The notes beneath the pieces are model-generated. The model had not been told where the DNA came from. It ran no database searches and saw only the letters and a program-made list of their open reading frames with translations. A stretch of 64,000 bases of DNA, taken from the NCBI GenBank assembly GCA_903870275.1, contig CAIQCK010000121.1, forward strand, positions 192,461 through 256,460, in the 5' to 3' direction. The DNA comes from an uncultured bacterium. Its GTDB lineage: Bacteria; Verrucomicrobiota; Verrucomicrobiia; CAIQCK01. Below are positions 20,301-27,729 of the stretch, in pieces (the stretch's first letter is position 1; each line of letters opens with the position of its first letter). The position numbers were made by a program, and so were the translations under genes.

Positions 20301-21186
20301 CGGTATGGTGCTCGCCCGCAATACGGTTTTCATCGCCGGCCCACCGGACGTCGTGGACGAGGAAAAAGTCATTCAAAGCCCTGACGATCCGGCGATCAAG
20401 ATGAAGCAGGCCGAGCAGGTTGCCGCGCTCGAAGGACGGCGGGGTGCGCTGCTCTGGGCGTGTTCGGCCGCCGATGGCCGAAGACTCGCCGCATGGCAAC
20501 TCGACGCCGTGCCCGTGTTCGACGGCATGGCCGCGGCCCAGGGCAAACTGTTCTTTGCCACCATCGATGGCAAGGTCGTCTGCCTCGGTGGCAATGGGAC
20601 GCCGCTGAAACCCGCGCCCGACGCGAAACTCACGCCGCTGGACATCGGCGTGAAAACGACCGTGATCAACCTGCCCTCCAAGGCCGCCGACTTTGCCCGG
20701 CTCGACCAAGCGCGTGTTTTTGAGTCCGATATCGGTTACCGCGTCGCCACGGAGACGAAAAAGGTCGGTCTGGCGTTAAAAAAACTCGACGCGCCGTTGG
20801 ATGGCCGAGTGACGCTCAAGTGCAAGCTGCAGTTCACCAGTGTCGCGGGATTGCGCAACGGTTACCTCGCCTTCGGTGACGGCGCCGAGGAGGCGAACTT
20901 GGTGAAGTGCGGTCTGCGAGTGGCGATGAAGACCGCGGCGATCATTCAAGGGCCGCTCAGCAAGAACAAAGGCGCCACGACGCCGTATGCGGCAGACGCT
21001 GAGAAAGTTCACGAGCTGGTTGTAACCGTGGACCTCGCGTCGGGTAACGTTACCTTCCGAAGCGGTTCGGCAACCGTATCCGCCAAGCTGGCGCAGCCGA
21101 TGAAGCGCATCACTCACGTCGGCTACTGCACCAACAACGCCACGGTGGATTTTAGTCCGGTTGAAATCGGCGGCGCGGCGAAGTAG
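17350..21186 (+). CDS. Paralog P2. Secreted MTase-fold plus PQQ-like beta-propeller multidomain protein.
   Basis: The ATG at 17350 (MNRFATCTLIAALAWVSANA signal) lies 7 bp after the P1 stop. The TTG at 17329 reported by the ORF track is rejected. The segment 'GGLVVHVGCGDGSLTAAL...LPYIENFVNLVVVSEG' is collinear with P1, including 'HHRCYRAKATDRF...VRGACLYGVMPANGLLYAPPHPCACYLESKL' and 'IQNSKTKIQNAEDWPTYRSD'. Confidence 0.8.
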   Translation: MNRFATCTLIAALAWVSANADQPSASQILKETGIQGGLVVHVGCGDGSLTAALRANDSFIVQGLDTDAKHVEAARKHIASLGLYGKVTAEPWDGGRLPYIENFVNLVVVSEGCRVAEEEIMRVLAPNGVAIVGSRKIVKPRPKEMDEWTHYLHDPGNNAVAHDSLVGPPRQYQWIGGPRWSRHHDHMSSISAVVSANGRLFYIVDEGPRASILLPPQWSLVARDAFNGTILWTRPIPEWNTQLWPLKSGPNQLPRRLVAAGDRVYVTLGIDAPVSELDAATGRTLRAFEGTQETDEILFSDGMLFLLVAEAPNQWKDYRPKHTYVWDNTNRANKEWAWDRQRRHVMAVDAGSGRKLWKSEQRVAPLTLALDTQHVFFYDGEKTVALDRKSGQPLWSSEPVPHKQPFPTGYGPTLVAQDDVVLLSVERLTMTAFAAATGKKLWSAEHHRGGHASPDDLLVIDGLVWSGRIADGKDDGVFTGRDLRTGEVKSEFACDNVNYWFHHRCYRAKATDRFILTSRTGTEFVDIAAKHWDLNHWVRGACLYGVMPANGLLYAPPHPCACYLESKLSGFNALAPARPTMERGASSVERLERGPAFAEIQNSKTKIQNAEDWPTYRSDAARSGFAKTDVPSDLKLAWQADIGGKLSSVTVADGRVFVASVDTHTVHALDAATGKPAWTFTAGARVDSPPTIWTGRVLFGSADGWVYCLRAEDGALVWRFRAAPEERRMMAIEQLESVWPVSGAVLVRDGVVFCVAGRSAFLDGGMRLLRLDAATGRELSETVLNDRDLSTGEPLQKFVQQLDMPTALPDVLSCDGRSVYMRAQRFDLNGARQEFAPMDPKEQTGEGVHLFSRSGFLDDTWWHRSFWMYGRGVKSGYGDWFKPGNYAPSGRLMVFDDFALYSFDRKPMSMCNASVYDYYLYAADKQTKEEAIQRVTAANGRMNAASIKKVASTSDWALRKKFSLSELSAAGFKWAEGDLPLLARGMVLARNTVFIAGPPDVVDEEKVIQSPDDPAIKMKQAEQVAALEGRRGALLWACSAADGRRLAAWQLDAVPVFDGMAAAQGKLFFATIDGKVVCLGGNGTPLKPAPDAKLTPLDIGVKTTVINLPSKAADFARLDQARVFESDIGYRVATETKKVGLALKKLDAPLDGRVTLKCKLQFTSVAGLRNGYLAFGDGAEEANLVKCGLRVAMKTAAIIQGPLSKNKGATTPYAADAEKVHELVVTVDLASGNVTFRSGSATVSAKLAQPMKRITHVGYCTNNATVDFSPVEIGGAAK
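19146..19178 (+). repeat. Degenerate copy of the heptanucleotide repeat inside P2. It encodes IQNSKTKIQNA.
   Basis: aatccaa aactcaa aaaccaa aatccaa aatgcgg. Confidence 0.75.
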
Positions 21187-21195
21187 GCTTCATCC

Positions 21196-22287
21196 GTGCA
21201 AAAATGCCGCGCATATTCCGACTCGGTCCTCTTGGGGAGGCCACGAGTCTGGCCAGTCGTCGCAGTCGTTTTTTGCTGGACCGTGGTTTTTAACGCGTTC
21301 GCGTGTTCGGTGCCGGTGTTTCGCTACGCGCTCGACCGCTGGCCGGCGGAGAACTACGAGCTTCGCGTGGACCGTGCCGCCGCCGCCACGCCGGAGATGA
21401 CAACGCTGCTGGGGGCGCTCCGCACCAATTCGCTCGCAAACGTGACGGTTCAGACGTCGGCCATCGCGGGGCCGGCGACAGCGAAACTGGTTTTTCCCGA
21501 TCCGCCGGGCGGCGAAGTGTGGAGCGGACCATTGAGCGCCGCCAATTTGGAACTGGCGTTGGACTCGCCGGTCCGGCGCGAGATCGCCCGCCGCATTGTC
21601 CACGGCGAGTCGGCGGTGTGGGTGCTGGTCGAATCCGGCGACGCTGCGGCGGACGACAAAGTCGCAAGCGCGCTGGAGCGGCGGCTCAAACAATGGGTGT
21701 CGGCCGCCGCGCTGCCGGAGCAGGACCCCAACGATCCGACCAGCCAGATCGGCCCCGGTCCCGCGCTGGCGTTGCGGTTCTCGGTCCTGCGCTTGTCGCG
21801 GAAAGATCCGCGCGAGGCTGTAACGCTGGCGATGTTCGAGGCCAACAGCGACGAGATCAGGCGGCTCCGCACCGTGCCCATCGCGTTTCCGGTGTTCGGC
21901 CGCGGCCGCGTGCTCGCGGCGGTGCCGAAGGAAAACCTGACGGACGAGAGCATTGACGAAGTGTGCGCGTTCATCGTGGGCGCTTGTTCGTGCCAAGTGA
22001 AGGACTCGCGCACCGGCTGGGACTTGCTGCTGAGTTTCAACTGGGACGAGGAACTCGCGCGCGTGGAGGAGCAGCGGCAGAGTGCCGCGGTGGCGGCCCC
22101 GCCGGCGGCGCCGGCCAATCCGCCCGCCGCGCAGTCCGCGCTGAAACCGGAGACTGTCACGATTCGCGGCGGGTCCGCCGCCGGCGCGCCTGGCGCGATG
22201 AATGGGCGCGCGTGGTTGGCGGTCGCGCTGGTTCTCGCCTGCATGGGAGGAATTGCAGCGGTGGGATGGAGCAGGAGAAAACGATGA
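21196..22287 (+). CDS. Hypothetical membrane-anchored protein with an N-terminal hydrophobic segment and a C-terminal TM with basic tail. It is translationally coupled to modA.
   Basis: It starts 9 bp after the P2 stop. Its stop overlaps the modA start as ATGA (22284-22287). It reads 'VWPVVAVVFCWTVVFNAFA' ... 'AWLAVALVLACMGGIAAVGWSRRKR'. I recognise no known domain. Confidence 0.6.
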   Translation: MQKCRAYSDSVLLGRPRVWPVVAVVFCWTVVFNAFACSVPVFRYALDRWPAENYELRVDRAAAATPEMTTLLGALRTNSLANVTVQTSAIAGPATAKLVFPDPPGGEVWSGPLSAANLELALDSPVRREIARRIVHGESAVWVLVESGDAAADDKVASALERRLKQWVSAAALPEQDPNDPTSQIGPGPALALRFSVLRLSRKDPREAVTLAMFEANSDEIRRLRTVPIAFPVFGRGRVLAAVPKENLTDESIDEVCAFIVGACSCQVKDSRTGWDLLLSFNWDEELARVEEQRQSAAVAAPPAAPANPPAAQSALKPETVTIRGGSAAGAPGAMNGRAWLAVALVLACMGGIAAVGWSRRKR

Positions 22288-23822
22288 AACGAGCCGTAAC
22301 CATCATTGCCGTCCTTGGGGTGACATTGGGAATCATCGTGTGGTTTTACCGGCAGGCCGCGCCGTCGTCGGCGGGCCGGACGCTCACGGTGTATTGCGCC
22401 GCCGGCATCAAGAAACCCGTCGAAGCCATCGCCACGGCTTACCGCGACGAGTTCGGCGTCAACGCCGGGTTGCAATACGGTGGGACCGCTTCGTTGCTGA
22501 GCGCGATCCGAGTCGCGAAAACCGGCGACCTTTTCATCGCCGCCGACGCCACCGCCATCGCGGACGCGCGAAAGATGGGCCTGGTGCGCGAGGTGTTGCC
22601 GCTGGTGCGCCAGACGCCGGTAATCGCTGTGATGAAAGGCAACCCGAAAGGCATCCGCGCGCTCGACGATCTATTGCGGCCGGGCGTGCGGTTTGCGCTC
22701 GCCAACCCGGAGAGTGCCAGCATCAGCCGCGTGGTGAAGCGGCTGCTCGGCCCGCGCTGGGAAACGTTCAGCGCGCGCGCGGTGGTGCTCAAACCGACGG
22801 TGATGGACATTGCCAGCGACGTGACGCTCGGCGCGGTGGACGCGGCATTGGTGTGGGACTCGACCACGTCGCAGTTTGCCGCGCTGGAGATCGTGCCGGC
22901 GGCGGAGTTCGCCGGCGCTGCGGAAACGGCCAGCGTGGCGGTGCTCGCCGCGTGCGCACAGCCGGCAGCGGCGCTGCGGTTCGCGCGCTACTTGACCGCG
23001 CCGGAGAAAGGCGCGCCAATTTTTGCCGCGCAAGGTTTTCATCCTGCCGGCGGCGACAAGTGGAGCGGGAAACCGACGCTGGTGCTCTACAGCGGCGGCG
23101 TCAACCGGCCGGCGATACAGCAGACGCTGAAAGAGTTCGCCGACCGCGAGGGCGTGGACCTCACGACGGTGTTCAACGGTTGCGGCATCCTCTGCGCGAC
23201 GATGCGCGCGATGGCGAAGACACCGGGCGCGAACATTCCCGACGCCTACTACGCCTGCGACGTTTGTTTTGTGCCGCCCGTCGCCGATCTCTATCCGGAG
23301 GCGGTGGTCCTGACGGAAGCCGACATCATGCTCGCCGTGCCGAAGGGCAACCCGAAAAACCTCCACGCGTTGTTGGACCTCGCGCAGCCCGGCCTTAAGA
23401 TCGGCATCTGCAACTCCGAGCAGTCCACGCTCGGCTACATGACCAAAGGCATGCTCAAGGAGACCGGGCTTTACCCGTCGGTGATGAAGAACGTCTGTTC
23501 GCAGGTGCCGACTGCCGACCTGCTGATCAACCAACTCCGCACCGGTTCGCTCGATGCGGCCATCGTTTATGACGTGAACGCGAAACCCGTTGCGGCGTAT
23601 ATAGATACTATGCCGATCAAGCACGCCGGGGCCAAGGCCGCGCAGCCGTTCGCGGTGGCGGCGCATTCGCCGAACGCGCTGCTCGCGCACCGGCTGCTTG
23701 ATTTTCTGCGCGCCAACCGCGAGCGTTTTGAGAAGGCCGGTTTCCACTGGCGCGACGACGGGACCGCCATCGTGAGCAAGGACATTGTCGTGCCGGATTA
23801 CCTGAAGAAAGCCAATGACTGA
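22284..23822 (+). CDS. modA: Tandem-fused (two-domain) ModA-like molybdate/tungstate ABC transporter substrate-binding protein.
   Basis: Signal/TM 'MKRAVTIIAVLGVTLGIIVW'. The first half is 'TLTVYCAAGIKKPVEAIATAYRDEFGVNAGLQYGGTASLLSAIRVAKTGDLFIAAD'. The second half is 'TLVLYSGGVNRPAIQQTLKEFADREGVDLTTVFNGCGILCATMRAMAKTPGANIPDAYYACD'. Both fit the ModA/WtpA type-II periplasmic binding protein pattern. Confidence 0.8.
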   Translation: MKRAVTIIAVLGVTLGIIVWFYRQAAPSSAGRTLTVYCAAGIKKPVEAIATAYRDEFGVNAGLQYGGTASLLSAIRVAKTGDLFIAADATAIADARKMGLVREVLPLVRQTPVIAVMKGNPKGIRALDDLLRPGVRFALANPESASISRVVKRLLGPRWETFSARAVVLKPTVMDIASDVTLGAVDAALVWDSTTSQFAALEIVPAAEFAGAAETASVAVLAACAQPAAALRFARYLTAPEKGAPIFAAQGFHPAGGDKWSGKPTLVLYSGGVNRPAIQQTLKEFADREGVDLTTVFNGCGILCATMRAMAKTPGANIPDAYYACDVCFVPPVADLYPEAVVLTEADIMLAVPKGNPKNLHALLDLAQPGLKIGICNSEQSTLGYMTKGMLKETGLYPSVMKNVCSQVPTADLLINQLRTGSLDAAIVYDVNAKPVAAYIDTMPIKHAGAKAAQPFAVAAHSPNALLAHRLLDFLRANRERFEKAGFHWRDDGTAIVSKDIVVPDYLKKAND

Positions 23823-24609
23823 CCAGCATCGCGCCGGGCCGAACTGGCCCTTCTGGGTCACGATCGCCGTCATCACCGCCGCTTACCTCGCGTTGTTGCT
23901 CGGGATGCTGGCGGCCACGGCCACCTACAGCTCGCCGCATCATCTCCTCCACGCGCTCGGCTCGCGCGAAATCCAATACGCCACCGGCCTCAGCCTCGTC
24001 AGTTGCACCATCGCCGCGCTGCTGTCGCTCGTCGTCGCCGTGCCCGTCGGCTACCTGATGTCGCGCGGCCGGTTCGCCGGCAAGAACACGCTCGACACGC
24101 TGCTCGACGTGCCGATTGTCCTGCCGCCGATGGTGATCGGGTTGTGTTTGCTGATTTTGTTCCAGACGCCGATCGGACGGGCGATTGATCGCGTCGTGCC
24201 GTTCACCTACACGGTGTTCGGCGTGCTGCTGGCGCAGTTCACCGTCGCCGCGGCGTTCGCCGTGCGGCAGATGCGGACGACGTTCGATCATTTGCCGTCG
24301 CGGCCGGAGGACGTGGCAATGACGCTCGGTTGCTCGCGCGGCCGGGCCGTCTGGCTCGTCACGCTGCCCGCCGCCAAGCGCGGGATGTTCAGCGCCGCGA
24401 GCATCGCGTGGGCGCGGAGCCTCGGCGAGTTCGGGCCGATCCTGGTTTTCGCCGGCGCGACGCGGATGAAAACCGAGGTGCTGCCGACGACGGTCTGGCT
24501 GGAACTGAGCGTCGGCAACCTGGAGGCGGCGATTGCGGTGAGCCTGATGATGGTGGCGTTGGCAGTGGCGGTGCTGCTGGCGATGCGTGCGGTGGGGGAG
24601 AGGCCATAA
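23815..24609 (+). CDS. modB: ModB-like ABC transporter permease (molybdate/tungstate/sulfate CysTW family).
   Basis: Length is 264 aa with 6 TM helices. The EAA-like loop is 'AMTLGCSRGRAVWLVTLPAAKRG'. An 8-bp overlap with modA. Confidence 0.85.
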   Translation: MTDQHRAGPNWPFWVTIAVITAAYLALLLGMLAATATYSSPHHLLHALGSREIQYATGLSLVSCTIAALLSLVVAVPVGYLMSRGRFAGKNTLDTLLDVPIVLPPMVIGLCLLILFQTPIGRAIDRVVPFTYTVFGVLLAQFTVAAAFAVRQMRTTFDHLPSRPEDVAMTLGCSRGRAVWLVTLPAAKRGMFSAASIAWARSLGEFGPILVFAGATRMKTEVLPTTVWLELSVGNLEAAIAVSLMMVALAVAVLLAMRAVGERP

Positions 24610-24709
24610 AGAAAATGGATCCACGGATTACACGGATTGCACGGATGGCGGATTCGGAATCAGATTTTCTTTCCATGTCATCAGTGAAATCCGTGGATGC
24701 TTTCCCATC
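24610..24709. repeat. Intergenic inverted repeat plus a short tandem direct repeat between modB and modC.
   Basis: 'ggatccacggatt' pairs with the reverse complement 'aaatccgtggatgc'. The direct repeats are 'cacggatt acacggatt gcacggatgg cggattcgg'. Confidence 0.6.
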
Positions 24710-25387
24710 ATGATCGCCCTTGAACACATCGCCATTCGCGCCGGCGCGTTCGCGCTGAGCGACGTTTCCTTTACGGTGCCGGAAGCGGTTTACGGCGTGC
24801 TCATGGGGCCGACCGGCTGCGGCAAGACGACGCTGGTGGAAATCATCTGCGGCTTGCGAAAGCCCGAATCCGGCCGCGTGCTGGTGAACGGCCGCGACGT
24901 GACGCACGAGTCGTCCGGCAACCGCGGCGTCGGCTACGTGCCGCAGGACGGCGCGATGTTCCCGACGATGACCGTCCGCCAGCAACTCGGCTTTGCGCTG
25001 CGAATCCGGCGGCGGCCCGTGGAGGAAACGGCGGCGCGCGTCGCAGAGCTGGCGTCGCAACTCGGCATCGCGCACCTGCTCGACCGCAAGCCGCACGGTC
25101 TCTCCGGCGGCGAACGGCAGCGCGTGGCGTTGGGGCGGGCGCTGGCGGCGCGGCCGGCGGTGCTGCTGCTCGACGAGCCGCTCTCTGCGCTCGACGAAAA
25201 CATGCGCGGCGACATGCGCGACCTGCTCAAGCGTGTCCAACGCGAGCACGGCGTCTCCGTGCTTCACGTCACCCACGACCGCTCCGAGGCGCGGCAGGTG
25301 GCCGGTCTGTTGCTCGTGATGACGGAGGGTTGCGTGCGGCCGGCGGATTTGAATACACTGGGAGCGCCATGCACCTGCCAGCCTTGA
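24710..25387 (+). CDS. modC: ModC-like ABC transporter ATP-binding protein. There is no C-terminal TOBE/Mop domain.
   Basis: Walker A 'GPTGCGKTT', ABC signature 'LSGGERQRV', Walker B 'LLLDEPLSALD', H-loop 'HVTHD'. Confidence 0.85.
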   Translation: MIALEHIAIRAGAFALSDVSFTVPEAVYGVLMGPTGCGKTTLVEIICGLRKPESGRVLVNGRDVTHESSGNRGVGYVPQDGAMFPTMTVRQQLGFALRIRRRPVEETAARVAELASQLGIAHLLDRKPHGLSGGERQRVALGRALAARPAVLLLDEPLSALDENMRGDMRDLLKRVQREHGVSVLHVTHDRSEARQVAGLLLVMTEGCVRPADLNTLGAPCTCQP

Positions 25388-26118
25388 CCGACGACGAGCG
25401 CACCATCTACCAGTGGCAGATGTGGGTTCCGGGTTTGGGCGAGGAGGGCCAGCGGAAACTCAAAGGCGCGTCGGTGCTCATCTCCCGCGTCGGCGGCCTC
25501 GGCGGCGTGGTGGCTTACGAACTGGCCGCCGCGGGCGTCGGTCGGCTCGTGCTCGCCCACGCTGGCAACCTCAAGCCCGCCGACCTGAACCGCCAGCTTC
25601 TCCAGACCCACGACCACATCGGCAAACCGCGCATCGAGTCCATCGCGCGCCGGCTGCGCGATCTCAACCCGCGCCTCGACATCGTCGCGGTCTGCGAAAA
25701 CGTCACTGAGGAAAACGCCGGCAGTCTTGTGGCGCAGGCGGATGTGGTGGTGGACGCCGCGCCGCTCTTCGAGGAACGGTTCGCGCTGAACCGCGCCGCT
25801 GTCCGTCAGGGCAAACCGATGGTCGAGTGCTCCATGTATTCGATGGAAGCACACGTCACGACGATCCTGCCGGGCCGCACCGCGTGCCTGCAATGCCTCG
25901 TTCCCGAAAAACCCGCCGACTGGAAGCGCCAGTTCCCCGTCATCGGCGCGGTTTCCGGCACCGCCGGCTGCGTCGGCGCGGTCGAGGTCATCAAACTCCT
26001 TACCGGCATCGGCGACCCGCTCGCCGGCGCAATGCTGGTGATGGACCTCCGGACCATGAACTTCCGCCGCGTCAAAACCGCGCGCAGGCCCGATTGCCCC
26101 GTGTGTGCTGGAAGCTGA
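25369..26118 (+). CDS. moeB: ThiF/MoeB-family E1-like adenylyltransferase (molybdopterin-synthase adenylyltransferase-like).
   Basis: Nucleotide-binding 'VLISRVGGLGGVVAYELAAAGVGRLVLAHAGN' and a C-terminal zinc knuckle 'CLQC...DCPVCAG'. A 19-bp overlap with modC. Confidence 0.8.
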   Translation: MHLPALTDDERTIYQWQMWVPGLGEEGQRKLKGASVLISRVGGLGGVVAYELAAAGVGRLVLAHAGNLKPADLNRQLLQTHDHIGKPRIESIARRLRDLNPRLDIVAVCENVTEENAGSLVAQADVVVDAAPLFEERFALNRAAVRQGKPMVECSMYSMEAHVTTILPGRTACLQCLVPEKPADWKRQFPVIGAVSGTAGCVGAVEVIKLLTGIGDPLAGAMLVMDLRTMNFRRVKTARRPDCPVCAGS

Positions 26119-26167
26119 CGGCTGGCGTCTGATCTCTAAGCACTGACCTCTGTCCCGTTCTCAGTTC

Positions 26168-26782
26168 TCAGTTTGTCCCCAACGCATTTCCTGCCGCCTT
26201 ACTGCCGATTTCGCGCAGGGTTTTCCAGGCAGCGGAGTCTTGAGGACTGGGGGAAACCAGCAGGATCAAACAGGTCTGTTTTGACGCCGGCCGCGGCATC
26301 ACGAGGGCTTCCACATGGAGGGTGAGCTTGCGGCCGTCGGAAAAGGAGTCGAAGAAAACGACTTCGGCGGCGAAGCGTTTCTTTCCAGCCGGGCTGGGCG
26401 GCATCGCATTCACCACGGCCCTCATTTGTCCGGCGTCCGGCGAGAGTCCCTTGCCCCGGCCCACGGCGATGCTGAGTCCGCGGTAATACTTCTCAAGAAA
26501 ATCCTTGAGCTCCGTCGCGCCCAGTTCCGGCGCGCCGTCGGCCAGAATGGCCACCACATAGGTGAAATAGGTGCTGGTGCGGGTGTCGAACATTCCGGGA
26601 GCGAAACGGATTTCCTCGGAGCCGGTGAGCTTGATGTCCGGCGCAAATCCTGGAGGGATGGCCATTCCTTCGAAGCGCCAATCCGTGGGCTCTTTGAGAA
26701 TCGTGGGGCGGTCCGGCCCGGCGGCATTGAGCGGGACCTGCAAAGCCAGCAACAGGAGTGTGAAACCAAGGATTTGTTTCAT
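26168..26782 (-). CDS. Hypothetical secreted protein.
   Basis: Signal peptide MKQILGFTLLLLALQVPLNAAGP. It is coding-like in composition, with no recognisable domain. It is the last gene of the minus-strand operon. Confidence 0.55.
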   Translation of the reverse strand: MKQILGFTLLLLALQVPLNAAGPDRPTILKEPTDWRFEGMAIPPGFAPDIKLTGSEEIRFAPGMFDTRTSTYFTYVVAILADGAPELGATELKDFLEKYYRGLSIAVGRGKGLSPDAGQMRAVVNAMPPSPAGKKRFAAEVVFFDSFSDGRKLTLHVEALVMPRPASKQTCLILLVSPSPQDSAAWKTLREIGSKAAGNALGTN

Positions 26783-26792
26783 GGGAGTTTCT

Positions 26793-27647
26793 TCATACGC
26801 GCAGCCTGTCACCGGCGGCGAACGCGTCCCGGACGGTGGCGGTCCTGAGCATGAGGATGCAGGCGACAGGCCAAACGCAACCGAGAAGCATCAAGACGGC
26901 AGTCCAAAAGACCTTCATAACGCGCGCGCTGCTGCTGTTGTTGGTTGTGGGCGCGAAAGACTGCCCTGTGGTCGAAAACTGCTTCTGCTGCACCTTCGTC
27001 ATTTCGAGCAGCGATTTCGTTCGCTGCAGATTCGCTTTCGCCTCCGGGGTCGCCAACTGCGGGTCCTTGTCCATCTCCGCCTGCTGCCTTTGCACATCTT
27101 TTTCCAAACTGGCGGTCATCTGCTGGCTCTGCTGCGCCAACTCGGCATGCATGTTCTGCACCGCTTGCATTACCTCGTCGCCGAAAACAGCATGCGCGAC
27201 AAGAGGATGGATCACTGCGGCAACAATAAGGGCGATGCTCACGCCGATGGCCAGTCTTCTTGCCCAACCGGCCATGCAAAGGAGGCCGATGCCGGAGATT
27301 AGAAGAAGCAACCTGAGCAGACCATCCACGCCGCCTGAGATGGCATAACTGGCCTTCATCCGTGGTGTTGCGAATGTGTTTACAAACTTCGCCTGAGCCG
27401 ACAACAAGTCGGAATGCGTCCGGGCGAATTGTTCGTCCGCGCGTTTCTGAGACTCGGTTTCGTCCAAAGCCTTGCCGGATTCGCGCAACGTCTGCAGGGC
27501 GTGATTTTGCACTTCCTGTGCAAATCCAAAACCCTTTTGGACCAATGTCGGCGTGGCCATCGTCATCACGGCGAGGCAGCCGCATAGCAGGCCGAACACG
27601 ATGTTGACGATGGCAACCGCAGTTACAAGACCGGGACGTTTTTGCAT
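26793..27647 (-). CDS. Hypothetical integral membrane protein (about 4 TM).
   Basis: The N-terminal and C-terminal parts are hydrophobic-helix-rich (VTAVAIVNIVFGLLCGCLAVMTMA and VFWTAVLMLLGCVWPVACILML). The middle is Q/E-rich. It lies 82 bp downstream of P3. Confidence 0.55.
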   Translation of the reverse strand: MQKRPGLVTAVAIVNIVFGLLCGCLAVMTMATPTLVQKGFGFAQEVQNHALQTLRESGKALDETESQKRADEQFARTHSDLLSAQAKFVNTFATPRMKASYAISGGVDGLLRLLLLISGIGLLCMAGWARRLAIGVSIALIVAAVIHPLVAHAVFGDEVMQAVQNMHAELAQQSQQMTASLEKDVQRQQAEMDKDPQLATPEAKANLQRTKSLLEMTKVQQKQFSTTGQSFAPTTNNSSSARVMKVFWTAVLMLLGCVWPVACILMLRTATVRDAFAAGDRLRV

Positions 27648-27729
27648 GGCGAATACCTCCTGTGCCAGAACCTCACTTCAGGTTCCTGGCTGAACGTTAA
27701 AGATCAGGTGCTCATGAGATCGGCGCGGC

